35,701 bases of DNA from Octopus bimaculoides (GCF_001194135.2 NC_068991.1:78525182-78560882), one strand, 5' to 3'; shown: positions 1-11,089, counted from the first letter of the stretch. Numbers and translations are program-made. The notes: a model not told the origin generated them from the letters alone.

Positions 1-258
1 CACACATATATATATGTTTGTATGTGCTCGTATATACGTATGTATTCATGTATGTGTATACATATGCCTCTATCTGTCGTTGCATTATCTATTTATCTAT
101 CTGTCTGTCGGTCTGCCGGTCTGTCTATGTTTGTCTACCTGTCTGACTTCTGTCTGTCTGTCTACCTGTCTATATGCACATTAAATCCAGAGAAAAAAGA
201 ACCCTTACATCATACATCGGAGAGCGCAACATACACATATAAGCATATACATATATAC

Positions 259-271
259 AAAGAGAGAGAGA

Positions 272-340
<69 letters not shown>
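259..340. repeat. (GA)n microsatellite
   Basis: Near-perfect GA dinucleotide run, preceded by TA/CA/TCTG low-complexity sequence. Confidence 0.95.
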
Positions 341-915
341 TAAGAGTGGGAGTGGAGATGAATTTTATTGATGTCTCGGGACAAAGCTCTGGGGAGAGGG
401 AAAGTAACGGATTAACCGATAACCACGTAGTAAGATGCTAACCTGTGGTCATGAATCGCAGCGATATCGCTTATTCTTCTGGGGATTGATGACGTAAGCA
501 GAAATTGTCGATTACAACCGGGAATTGGAACTGTGCTGATGGCTGAACATAACAACGCCATCAAGTACGGCGTTACGATTGTGTTTGTTCAGCGTTGCTC
601 ACCAACGCACTCAGGCCCTAGATTATGCACATGCCATGCAAGCACTCTGGATTTTCTTTTGGAGTAGGCCTATGCTTGTTGCTTGTCTCTTCTTTTGATA
701 TCTCTATTGTATTTTTCTCCCTCGGGCCGTTCACGATCCTCTACCTATACCTAATCCTTTCCCGGCGGAACAACACTGTTTATATTCCTTCTCCGGCTTT
801 TAGTTGTTCGAGACGATCATGAAACGTAACGATCTCATCGGTTAGAGATAGTTGGATGTGCGAACGCCATCGCTCAGCCCTTTAGGTGAGCCGACAGCAT
901 AAATACCAAATACAT

Positions 916-1075
916 GCGACCGATTGGTTAAGAATGTCGCTTCACAGATGCGTGGTTTCAAGTTCAATCCCATTGTGGGTAACGCCGAGCTTGTATCTTA
1001 TACTATAGCACTCATTCACCTGGCCAATGTCTTGCGAGTGGACATAGGAGACGAATACCACGATGAAGCCCGTCG
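916..1075 (+). mobile_element. Degenerate 5' half of tRNA-derived SINE family A
   Basis: Has A-box-like 'gattggttaag' and B-box-like 'aagttcaatcc'. The following 'tatagcactc...gccaatgtcttgcgagtggacataggagacg...gaagcccgtcg' aligns by eye to the copy at 21617-21950. It ends in a TA/CA microsatellite. Confidence 0.6.
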
Positions 1076-1152
1076 TGTATACATATACATACATGCACAC
1101 ACACACACACACATATGTATACTTACATGCTTGTTTTCAGTCGCGCATGCAT

Positions 1153-1508
1153 ATTCTTTTATTTGTTTCAGTCAGGTGACTGCGGTCATACTGGAGCACC
1201 ACCTTAAGGGGTTTATTCGAACAAATCGACCGCAAGATTTATTCTTTGTAAACCTAGTAGTCATTCTATCGATACGTTTTGTCGAACCGCTAACTTACGG
1301 AGAAGTAAACACATCAACATCGGTTGTCAAGCGATGTTGGGGGAGAAGCAAACACACACGCACACACGATCGGCTTCTTTCAGTCTCTGTCTACCAAATC
1401 CACTCACAAGGCTTTGGTTAACCCGAGGTTATAGAAGGTGCAGTGGGACTGAACCCTGAACCCTGTGGTTGGGAAGCAAGCTTCCTACCACACAATGTCA
1501 CCCGTGCC
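1153..1508 (-). mobile_element. tRNA-derived SINE family A (CR1-like 3' tail), near full length
   Basis: The reverse complement is colinear with 21617-21950: head 'tgtgtggtaggaagcttgcttcccaaccac...ggttcagtcccactg', body 'accaaagccttgtgagtggatttggtagac', tail 'ggtggtgctccagtatgaccgcagtcacctgactgaaacaaataaaag'. It has an internal (TG)-rich tract. Confidence 0.9.
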
Positions 1509-1522
1509 TTATATTCAACATA

Positions 1523-1815
1523 TTGTATGTATGTATGTACGTATGTATGTACGTACGTACGTATGTATGCATGTATGTACGTGTGTATATATGTACGTGT
1601 GTATGTACGTGTGTATGTACGTATGTGTGTATGTACGTACGTACGTATGTATGTATGTATGTATGTATGTATTTATGTATGTATGTAGATAGGTATATAT
1701 GTATGTATGTACGTGTGTATGTACGTATGTGTGTATGTACGTACGTATGTATGTATGTATTTATACGCATGTATTTATATGTATGTATGTATTTATACGT
1801 ATATACGTATGAGAG
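1523..1815. repeat. Compound (TATG)/(TACG)/(TG) microsatellite
   Basis: Direct inspection. It explains the MYVC/IHTY-type ORFs at 1443-1936. Confidence 0.95.
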
Positions 1816-2779
1816 TGTATGTCTTTGTGTTGTTTATCTCCGTACGGTATTAAGTCCTACAAATGAATTTCTGCGAGAGGTTTTCGAGGCGTCTACCAAA
1901 GTCCTTACTTGTATAGTTCTCATGGTAGAAAAGTAGACTCTCACCAATGTGGGAGTAAAATGTGTAAGCAGCTGACCCGAATGCCGTCTGGTTGTCCGTT
2001 TGATTTGGTGCGGAGATCCCCTTACTCGCTGAGAATCTTGCACACAAACACACACGCACACACAATCAAATGCAAACACACACACAAACATCACAGGTAA
2101 TAAACTAAGGACAAAACTGAATTACGTACTGAAGTCTATATCTAATCTACAACTAAAACACATTTGCTAGCGCTGCCTCAGCGAGGCCGCATTGAAATTA
2201 GTAGAATAAAAAATCAAAATAATATAGGAAATGTTAAAAGAAACAAATCATTATTATTCCTCTTGAAATAATCGTTATTTTTGTTATTGATGTTACTTTA
2301 GCGACTGAAGAACATCGAATATTGTGTTTCCTTTCGCCAACCTGTTGCCTTCAGTCTTTTCTCTCCCTGGGATTCGTTTGGATTTTTTCCCTATTAAACC
2401 AAGCTGTTCATCGTAGAAAGTGCATAAATAATTCGATTTTGTATCGTATATAGCTATCTAGTAATCAAGCGTTCTACTAATTATGCCTAGAGCTTTAATA
2501 AACTTCATTACTTTCCACGTTCATCGTCTATATTTTGGTATTTTGAGCGATCTTAATTTCCTTCTCTTTGATGACAACTATTGTATCACATGAGCTGTGT
2601 ATTACGACTAGTATGTGTTTGTAGCTTAGTTATTTATTCATAACATTCCATACATGGTTCATTATTTCACTATCCATCTATTCTTTGCCGCTCGATAAAC
2701 TAAGAGAGGAAAAACTAAGCCAACCCATCATACGATAGTTGCTTTCCATCAATGAATAGAATAAAACAGACAAAAGGAA

Positions 2780-2960
2780 GTAATTGGTGTCTCTTCTGTT
2801 TCTCATTCCTTGCAACGTAAATAAAGTCTATTCACAGCCTGGAAACATAACGTTTAATATCCTCTATGAATTGTTCTTTTTTCTCCCTTTCAGTTTATTC
2901 CCACTTAATTTACCTACCGTATTATTTCGCCTGGTTGCATAAGACTTCTGCAATGCATAC
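2780..2960 (-). mobile_element. Possible highly decayed RTE-like LINE C-terminal remnant
   Basis: The minus strand reads GKLSGNKLKGRKK...EDIKRY...VARNE across a frameshift, loosely resembling the RTE C-terminal GKIxGKRxRGR motif. Weak. Confidence 0.3.
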
Positions 2961-3269
2961 ATGTCGATACAGCTTATGTATTAATACCTATCACTACGCT
3001 TTTAATATTTAACTCTAAAATTCAAAACTATCTCTCATTGCCATTCGGTATTGGGCTGTCACGACATCAGCTTCTCTGATTAATAATATCGAAGTGTTCA
3101 CATTACAGTCAGTTTTATGTCCATTAACGTCTGAGTCACGTTTTATTTTCCTAATCGAAAATTGTTGTTGCGTTGTAATAGTTGTTGCTGGTGCCGTGTT
3201 GCTTTCTTCGTTTTCTTCTTCTCATTGTTATGGTTCCTCATCAGACGCCCCCGTGGCAAGAGAAGCTGG

Positions 3270-3870
3270 GCTTGAGGGAGAGTATGGAATGACACGGCCA
3301 CTTCGAAAGATAAGCGAAATGAAAACAGAATCTTCATGGAATTAGTTGGCAAGAGGCGATGTTTAGAGAGAATGAGACAGAGAGTTTGTTGGTGGCTGAT
3401 CAGGATGAAGCATTAAACACAAACTCGATAAGGAATAAGCATAACCCAGATGAAACAAATACGCGTAGGTTATATGGGAAGAAAGTGGAACGTGTGACAC
3501 ACATTGTAGGCTCCTGGGACACGGTTGCACGGAGAGAATATAAAAGGTGTCACGATGAAGTCTGTTTGCACCTCCACTGGTTCTTATGGGAGAAATATGA
3601 GTTTTCAATCTCTGAGAAATGGTATCTGCGCAAACCAAAGAAAGCCTTAGAAAATCAGACTGAAATTTTTATGGGACTTTATAATCCAGACAGATAGAGT
3701 TCTTGAACATATAAGGTTAGACATAACTTTGGCGGAGAAAAGTATTGTAAAGGGGTGTTTCTTGATCGATGTAGCTTTCCCAGAAGATTGTTATATGAAT
3801 GGTAAAGAAAAAGAGAAGACCGTACAATATACAGATTAAAGAATAGATGTTGAGAAAATGAGCACATAAT
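3270..3870 (+). mobile_element. R4/Dong-clade non-LTR retrotransposon fragment (CCHC finger and restriction-like endonuclease), pseudogenised
   Basis: ORF 3359-3697 reads ETESLLVADQDEALNTN...RRLYGKKVERVTHIVGSWDTVARREYKRCHDEVCLHLHW...KWY. A shifted frame continues IQTDRVLEHIRLDI...CFLIDVAFPED...KEKEK. These match R4/Dong motifs ETEG..AAQDQAL, CRxC..ET..H..C, RHD and RPD..IDVAxP..KExEK. Stops and frameshifts are present. Confidence 0.9.
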
Positions 3871-3879
3871 TCGATGTTT

Positions 3880-4655
3880 CCTCAGTTGTGACTGTGAGCT
3901 TTCTTTTGGGGTCTACGCGGGGTTGTGAGTGCATTGGTAGATTTGGTTGGGGTAGTGGTGGTTGTAGAGACGGTAGTGCTGGTGTTGTTTTTGCTGTAGC
4001 TGTGTTTGATGTGTTGGGGGCTTCTGCGTTTTCGGGTGTTGGTGTAGGTTCTGTTGTTTTCTGTTTCTTTTGCCTTTTTCATTTTTTACCTTGTGGGGTT
4101 CTTCCTCGTCTTCACTACTAGATAAGTAGTGGCTAGTGTCTCTTTGGTCTGTCTCGGGTAGTGTGGGTGTGTCTGTGATAGTTTGAGCGTGGTTGTGTGA
4201 GTGTATGCTTGAGAGAGGGGAGATGGTTTCACATATGCCCTGGGCGCTTTTCCCCATTGTATAGGATTCACGTGTCTCTGTTGTTGTTGTTGTTGGGAGA
4301 TGCTGCAGTTCTATCAAAAGGTCTGTGTTGTAGGGTGTGCAATGTAGGCTGCAGATGTGGTCGCGTACCTCCCAACTTTATGGGACAGAAGGCTCTCAGG
4401 TGGCTTGTGGCCCCACAGATATCGCATCTGGGCTTCCTACCTTCCACGACGATACGCAGTTCCAGCCCATTGAGCAGATGAATCAGGTCCGGGATCTTTT
4501 CAATGTTTCTTGTTTCACATGGATTAATTTTTCCAAGTCGATCCCACACCAGTTTTCTCTGCTGCTCCTTTTAACCGCCAAAGTGATTCTGTAATGGATG
4601 TTTATATCTGTATAAATAGGTGTTTCTCCTCGTAGTCTTTCACACTTACTCTCAC
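3880..4655 (-). mobile_element. LINE ORF1/gag-like remnant with CCHC zinc knuckle (L1/Tx1-like)
   Basis: ORF 4268-4549(-) contains IPDLIHLLNGLELRIVVEGRKPRCDICGATSHLRAFCP (C-x2-C-x4-H-x4-C at 4385-4426), followed by a Thr/Gln/Lys-rich low-complexity tail. No ORF2 follows. Confidence 0.7.
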
Positions 4656-4696
4656 CGTCAACACGTCTCTCTCTCCCTTCCTTCCCTCTCCCTCTC

Positions 4697-4700
<4 letters not shown>

Positions 4701-4746
<46 letters not shown>
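4701..4746. repeat. (TA)n microsatellite
   Basis: Direct inspection. Confidence 0.95.
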
Positions 4747-4750
<4 letters not shown>

Positions 4751-4863
4751 TACTTGTGTGTGTGTGTAGACTTATAGATGTCGTTTAAGGAAAACAGACA
4801 CTCGTATTTTTGCCAGTAGAGTGGTTATATTAATATATTAGTATTTACACAAAACAGTATTAT

Positions 4864-4991
4864 AGATCCATTTCAGCCGATTTCACCAATCAATTTCGAA
4901 CATGAATTAGGGAAGAATCCAAACTTAGTGATCAACCGAAAAGAATGAAAAGTACGGAAAACCTATTAGTAAAATCGGCTGAAATGGATCT
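4864..4991. repeat. 27-bp inverted repeat pair (possible miniature MITE)
   Basis: 4864-4890 AGATCCATTTCAGCCGATTTCACCAAT is the reverse complement of 4965-4991, with 2 mismatches. No clear TSD. Confidence 0.7.
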
Positions 4992-5353
4992 CTCATACTC
5001 TGTGTGTTTGTGATAGTAAAGTGTAGGCTCATGGATATTTATAAATGTGAAGACACAAACGATCTTTTATGTGTAATAATATGTTGTAGATATCTGCGTA
5101 TGTGTGTGGCTGGGTGTTGATGGTGCTGGTCATATATCTCTTGGATAACTTTGGTTATACATTAGCAGGAATAACAGAATGTTCAGAATTCGAAGGTATA
5201 TATTTACGTTCGTTTAAAATTGTTTCATTGCAAGCACAAACTTCTAAGTCTGGCGTTGACTACCCGTTCACTTATTTCAATAACCACTACACACACGCAC
5301 ATACACAAACACACAGGTAGATATAGATGCATATATATATATATATATATATA

Positions 5354-5986
5354 NNNNNNNNNNNNNNNNNNNNNNNNNNNNNNNNNNNNNNNNNNNNNNN
5401 NNNNNNNNNNNNNNNNNNNNNNNNNNNNNNNNNNNNNNNNNNNNNNNNNNNNNNNNNNNNNNNNNNNNNNNNNNNNNNNNNNNNNNNNNNNNNNNNNNNN
5501 NNNNNNNNNNNNNNNNNNNNNNNNNNNNNNNNNNNNNNNNNNNNNNNNNNNNNNNNNNNNNNNNNNNNNNNNNNNNNNNNNNNNNNNNNNNNNNNNNNNN
5601 NNNNNNNNNNNNNNNNNNNNNNNNNNNNNNNNNNNNNNNNNNNNNNNNNNNNNNNNNNNNNNNNNNNNNNNNNNNNNNNNNNNNNNNNNNNNNNNNNNNN
5701 NNNNNNNNNNNNNNNNNNNNNNNNNNNNNNNNNNNNNNNNNNNNNNNNNNNNNNNNNNNNNNNNNNNNNNNNNNNNNNNNNNNNNNNNNNNNNNNNNNNN
5801 NNNNNNNNNNNNNNNNNNNNNNNNNNNNNNNNNNNNNNNNNNNNNNNNNNNNNNNNNNNNNNNNNNNNNNNNNNNNNNNNNNNNNNNNNNNNNNNNNNNN
5901 NNNNNNNNNNNNNNNNNNNNNNNNNNNNNNNNNNNNNNNNNNNNNNNNNNNNNNNNNNNNNNNNNNNNNNNNNNNNNNNNNNNNNN
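5354..5986. other. Assembly gap (N run)
   Basis: N run flanked by (TA)n on both sides. Confidence 0.99.
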
Positions 5987-6159
5987 TATATATATATATA
6001 TATATATATTATGTACAAAGATGTACGCTTATATACAAAGATGGAACTGCTTAAACATTTGGAGAAGAAACTGATATATATGCATGAATCTATCTATCTA
6101 TCTATCGATCTATGAATATACACGCAAGCAGTCTGACGAGGTCAACATCTTGTGATTTG

Positions 6160-6160
<1 letters not shown>

Positions 6161-6204
<44 letters not shown>
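6161..6204. repeat. (CA)n microsatellite
   Basis: Direct inspection. Confidence 0.95.
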
Positions 6205-6205
<1 letters not shown>

Positions 6206-6854
6206 TACCCCCTCTCTCTTTTTATATATATATATAATCACATATATACGCAGACATACTCATGTAGGTTCCTTTGCGTCTAATTACCACGTAAACCCCT
6301 TCCAGTAGTTTCAAGTTTTCAAACTTAATATTTTCCCAAGTGGAAATCTCAAGATATACCTTACTCTCACACAAACACATATGCGTTCTTAACGTCTGTA
6401 CCTGCATATCACTTCTTCAGAGATTAATGTTATACTTGGAAAAGAAGAATGACCAAATTCTTTGTTGTTCTATAAACCATCGCTCTAAGACATTTCTGCG
6501 ACATGAGCTGAATGCAAATTCTTGTAATGAAATTATTTTACATATCCTTTACTCTGTTCGGTAAATTCCAGTGACGAGAAAGGATAATGACATGATATTG
6601 TCAAAGTATACTTGGAGAATATATAAAGTTGGACACATCTGTGTGCACAATGTATGTATGTGTGTGTGTGTGTGTGTGCACGTATGCATATATTTGTTTT
6701 ATATACACACTCATGTATGTTTTATTATTGATGTGTTCAGTGCTAGTATATAAGAGATTAGTGTGTGTCCTCGATGAATAGAAGGGTTGTATAATCCCAG
6801 GACGTCTGTCTGCCTATATGTATGTGTCTACATATGTATGTATGCATGCGTCCA

Positions 6855-6893
<39 letters not shown>

Positions 6894-6902
6894 ATATAAA
6901 TA

Positions 6903-7115
6903 TAGGGTGTTCAAAACGTCTATCCGCAGTAATTATTTTATTGTAAAATAAATATTTATAAGATGGTATAAGACTACAAAAGAATATATTAGACTTTACA
7001 AGATTTTAAAAAACTTCATCAGAAGTGTTGAAAGTGTCATCCTTCATTTTCAACTTTTGTTACTGCCGTGTGAGCACTTCCTAGGCTGATTTCCGCAGGA
7101 TGAAAAAAATTCACT
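6903..7115 (-). mobile_element. Tc1/mariner right-end remnant
   Basis: The minus strand reads AVTKVENEG*HFQHF*, resembling the Tc1/mariner C-terminal GGHFEHLL*. About 110 bp further on lies a TIR-like 'tatagggtgttcaaaa' (6901-6916) with TA at the end. Confidence 0.5.
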
Positions 7116-7133
7116 GCGGAGAGACTGTGTGTG

Positions 7134-7170
<37 letters not shown>

Positions 7171-7927
7171 NNNNNNNNNNNNNNNNNNNNNNNNNNNNNN
7201 NNNNNNNNNNNNNNNNNNNNNNNNNNNNNNNNNNNNNNNNNNNNNNNNNNNNNNNNNNNNNNNNNNNNNNNNNNNNNNNNNNNNNNNNNNNNNNNNNNNN
7301 NNNNNNNNNNNNNNNNNNNNNNNNNNNNNNNNNNNNNNNNNNNNNNNNNNNNNNNNNNNNNNNNNNNNNNNNNNNNNNNNNNNNNNNNNNNNNNNNNNNN
7401 NNNNNNNNNNNNNNNNNNNNNNNNNNNNNNNNNNNNNNNNNNNNNNNNNNNNNNNNNNNNNNNNNNNNNNNNNNNNNNNNNNNNNNNNNNNNNNNNNNNN
7501 NNNNNNNNNNNNNNNNNNNNNNNNNNNNNNNNNNNNNNNNNNNNNNNNNNNNNNNNNNNNNNNNNNNNNNNNNNNNNNNNNNNNNNNNNNNNNNNNNNNN
7601 NNNNNNNNNNNNNNNNNNNNNNNNNNNNNNNNNNNNNNNNNNNNNNNNNNNNNNNNNNNNNNNNNNNNNNNNNNNNNNNNNNNNNNNNNNNNNNNNNNNN
7701 NNNNNNNNNNNNNNNNNNNNNNNNNNNNNNNNNNNNNNNNNNNNNNNNNNNNNNNNNNNNNNNNNNNNNNNNNNNNNNNNNNNNNNNNNNNNNNNNNNNN
7801 NNNNNNNNNNNNNNNNNNNNNNNNNNNNNNNNNNNNNNNNNNNNNNNNNNNNNNNNNNNNNNNNNNNNNNNNNNNNNNNNNNNNNNNNNNNNNNNNNNNN
7901 NNNNNNNNNNNNNNNNNNNNNNNNNNN
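7171..7927. other. Assembly gap (N run)
   Basis: N run with (AT)n on the left. Confidence 0.99.
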
Positions 7928-8178
7928 AGGGGATGGTGACGAACCCTGCTGCACTCTTTCACCACAATTTTCTCTCACTCTTACTTTCTGTTTCTGTTGT
8001 GCCTGTAATTCAAAGGGTCAGCCTTGTCACACTGTGTCACGCTGAATCTCCCTGAGAACTACGTTAAGGGTACACGTGTCTGTGGAGTGCTCAGCCACTT
8101 GCACGTTAATTTCACGAGCAGGCTGTTCCGTTGATCGGATCAACTGGAACCCTCGACGTCGTAAGCGACGGAGTGCCA

Positions 8179-8190
<12 letters not shown>
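7928..8190 (+). mobile_element. tRNA-SINE family B, 3' portion with (CAA)n tail
   Basis: 'gctgaatctccctgagaactacgttaagggtacacgtgtctgtggagtgctcagccacttgcacgttaatttcacgagc' is nearly identical to the reverse complement of about 24425-24530. It ends in 'gagtgccaacaacaacaac'. The head is lost in the gap. Confidence 0.85.
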
Positions 8191-8229
<39 letters not shown>

Positions 8230-8522
8230 GCATACACAGGTCCAAGCATTTTCAAACACATACACGCAAACACACGATAAACTCACACACATATACACAC
8301 GTCCACACTCACACACACACACACACACGAGACGCACATCACTCTCCAAAACGCACACACTACGTTACTTATACACATGCAGACACACGCGTTTGAGCAC
8401 CCTAGTTCAGTCGGGTCACCGTTATTATCTCTCTTTCACTCAGCCTCTTTCTTCCGGTCATTTAATCATGTCGAACCCCTAACACCTACGCATTTTTCTC
8501 TCTCCATCTTTTTCCTCTCAAT

Positions 8523-8560
8523 TCTTTCTGTCAAAGAGCGTAGGTTCAAAACGTCAAAGA
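8523..8560 (+). ncRNA. Degenerate minimal type I hammerhead ribozyme motif (Penelope pLTR-like)
   Basis: TCTTT-CTGTCAA-A-GAGC(gtag)GTTC-AAAA-CG-TC-AAAGA. Stem I is 5 bp, stem II is 4 bp, stem III is the palindrome ACGT and the triplet is GUC. The core deviates at A6, G8 and G12. Confidence 0.55.
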
Positions 8561-8650
8561 CTTTTCCATTCTTCCCGCGTATCAAACTAAAATACACCTG
8601 CTTGTTGCTCCCTCACCTGTCTTCGTCTATTGTTTTCTGTAAATTTGAAC

Positions 8651-8652
8651 TA

Positions 8653-8693
<41 letters not shown>
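8651..8693. repeat. (CTAT)n microsatellite
   Basis: Direct inspection. Confidence 0.95.
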
Positions 8694-8694
<1 letters not shown>

Positions 8695-8791
8695 GGAATT
8701 CCGGTGGGGGTGGGGAAGGAAGAAGGAAAAAAGAAAAAAGGAAAAAGCCGTTGGGAAATCGATTGTAGCAGTGACTTGATCAATCCTTAGG

Positions 8792-8833
8792 GATATCTGA
8801 AGAAGGAACTTTTATATTCCGAAATATTATATC
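8792..8833 (+). ncRNA. Minimal type I hammerhead ribozyme motif, intact core
   Basis: GATAT-CTGAAGA-A-GGAA(cttttata)TTCC-GAAA-TA-TT-ATATC. Stem I is a perfect 5 bp, stem II is 4 bp and stem III is palindromic (AATATT). Predicted cleavage is after 8828 (AUU). Confidence 0.75.
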
Positions 8834-8939
8834 AGACTATGGGATGATTAACTTAACATTAGTTATTAGAGTGCATTGCTGTGCCATTCAAAACACATTA
8901 TTGCTATTTGTTATTATTGTTTATATATATATATATATA

Positions 8940-9067
8940 NNNNNNNNNNNNNNNNNNNNNNNNNNNNNNNNNNNNNNNNNNNNNNNNNNNNNNNNNNNNN
9001 NNNNNNNNNNNNNNNNNNNNNNNNNNNNNNNNNNNNNNNNNNNNNNNNNNNNNNNNNNNNNNNNNNN
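8940..9067. other. Assembly gap (N run)
   Basis: N run flanked by (TA)n. Confidence 0.99.
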
Positions 9068-10164
9068 TATATATACATACATACATACACGATACCTCCA
9101 TACCGCATCCGCTAATCTACAACAACAAAAATCAATATATAAAGCTAATGCAGAAAATCGAAGAGAACAGCACTCTACTAGTCAGCAGTGAGCGCCGTAG
9201 GAAATACTCTCTTCCTGATGACCCACAGGACTTTTAAACAGTTAGACTAACATACCCCAAAGATCTGCCTGTAGAACACTCAACACACCAAAGATGGCTA
9301 TACATGTGTGTGCTTCTCGAAGATTTGAAGACGATACTTTTATAGCCGGTTTTGGAGACTGTTTGTATACCACTACTTTTGTAATGGTTTTCATCTTATT
9401 TATATGTTTCCTATTTGGAAATAGATAATAAATATATTTTACTTTTGAAATTGGAATCTATATTGATAAACACGTTACTTATAACTTATAAGTGTTACCA
9501 TTATACATAAATCCTGACTCCAGCTACATACACGCTATAGCGAGAAATATATACTCTGAAATGCCAATGGACATTTTATGCGTCCATGAATGTTGAAGAT
9601 AAATTAATTCGTGTTCTTTTAACCGCTATAGAAAAAAAAAAACAAAAAAACACAGTTTCATAATTGCAGAAATAAATTTCATTAACAAGTTGAAAAATGT
9701 GAAGAAAGAGAAAATAATTACTACATTAGTTTATTTATGTACTTTTAGCATTTTTAGTACAATTGGAAAGTAAAGCCATTTTGTCATAGAGAGTTACGAC
9801 TTAAAATTCACACTAGCTGATCCGTCATACTAACTACAAGAGTTCACAACAATTCAAATAAGTCTTGTTGAATTTAAGTGATACACATAGCATAAAAAAT
9901 AGCCAATATCTCAAGGAGTGAGTGTTGTGGAGTTGAGTAACATCTAACGATCACTGAGTAATTTCCCAAAAATCAGGGTTTTTATAACTGCTCATATCCG
10001 AATTCTAAGAACCGTATTTCGTGAAAGATTTCTTTGATGAAAGTTTAGAATTCGTATATGGGCAGTAATTTTAACCAATGGGATACCAACAATTATGCTT
10101 GTTCGGGCAGACGACCATTACGTCATACTGCCGCCTTTTATGACTTGCTATATCACTAATATGA

Positions 10165-10870
10165 ACATGAAGAGCAACCTTTCTTGGACTCGTGACCTTT
10201 ATATCATATCACCTTTCGAATTCTATGCGTTTGTAAGAGCAAGAAATTGCTACAAAATAACTAATCAACAAAAGAGACAGTGAAACACTTGAGGCCTCAA
10301 GATACAACCGAGAATGTAGATTATATCAAATTTCTATGGAAACATAATGTATGGATCTATAGCTGCCCCGAAATATTATCAAGTTTCTACTTTCCAGTGC
10401 GACATGACATTGTCGCTAAAACAATATGCAATGCAGTCTGAAATAAAAGACTGTCCTGGGATAAATACAAAGAATATCCTCGCTATTGAACGCAAAAATA
10501 AACATCAGCACATGGAATATAGAGAGGAACATTCCACCAAAACGTCCAAGTGTTAACGTAACAGGCTGGACGTGGTTGTTTGGGACAGACAAGTAAAAGT
10601 GTATATTGTCAGGGAAGGGAGATTTTCTGCTGTTGTGAATATCTTTTCGAAAATCAAAGAGAAGAAAGGATAACTACTGACAATTGCCTCGAAACCAGCT
10701 TTTATACCAAGATTATAAATTCACATTTATTTCAATAATAATTGCTAATCTTGGTTTTATTAATAGGTGCCTAAATGACAATCTGGTGTTTCCAGAAAAA
10801 GAAATTTATCAGGTAATGCGCACATTACAAATACAATTTGTAAATGGAACAGTAAAAACTAGAGTGAAAA
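10165..10870 (+). mobile_element. R4/Dong-clade retrotransposon fragment, second subfamily (CCHC finger and restriction-like endonuclease), pseudogenised
   Basis: Across frameshifts it reads SNLSWTRDLYIISPFEFYAF / EQEIATK*LINKR...NRECRLY / YSCPEILSSFYFPVRHDIVAKTICNA / KC*RNRLDVVVWDRQVK...VNIFSKIKEK / LLYQDYKFTFISIII...LQIQFVNGTVK. This follows the R4 order QEQEI, CRLC..SCP, RHD, NRPD..WD..KxxEK. Confidence 0.8.
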
Positions 10871-11089
10871 AAAATGGAGTAGATATTGATAAAACTTGGA
10901 AAGAAACAAGTAGTGAATGTGGATTGTAAAAGTAAAAATAAAAAGACAACAAAAAAAAAAAACAGTCAAAACTAAACTAACAAGAGTCTTTATAAAAAAA
11001 TGAAAGAAAAAAACTACATTAGCAGAAAGCGTGAAAAAAATGAGGTACTGTTTATTAGAACGGTTTTCTTTTCATCCTCCAAAAATCGT

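Noticed and set aside
350-900. Possible decayed APE fragments on the minus strand (SRVLAWHVHNL; IHDHRLASY)
   Set aside because: The motifs are weak, separated by stops, and too close together for an APE domain. I cannot support the call.
1443-1936. Overlapping ORFs with MYVC/HTYI repeats (also 12654-12981, 23247-23858, 25781-26171, 29950-30294)
   Set aside because: They are translations of stop-free microsatellites.
3205-3250. CTGATGA...GAAA on the minus strand (similar partial cores near 486, 2317, 6133 and 31252)
   Set aside because: The intervening sequence cannot form stem II, or GAAA is absent, so these are chance matches.
9085-9350. Possible Penelope GIY-YIG remnant (PL...QQKSIYKA) and CTGATGA at about 9214
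   Set aside because: There is no clear YIG motif, and CTGATGA is not followed by stem II plus GAAA.
10490-10540. KINISTWNIER resembling an APE endonuclease N-terminal motif
   Set aside because: Flanking frames place this inside the R4 restriction-like endonuclease region (RHD upstream, NRLDVVVWD downstream), so the match is coincidental.
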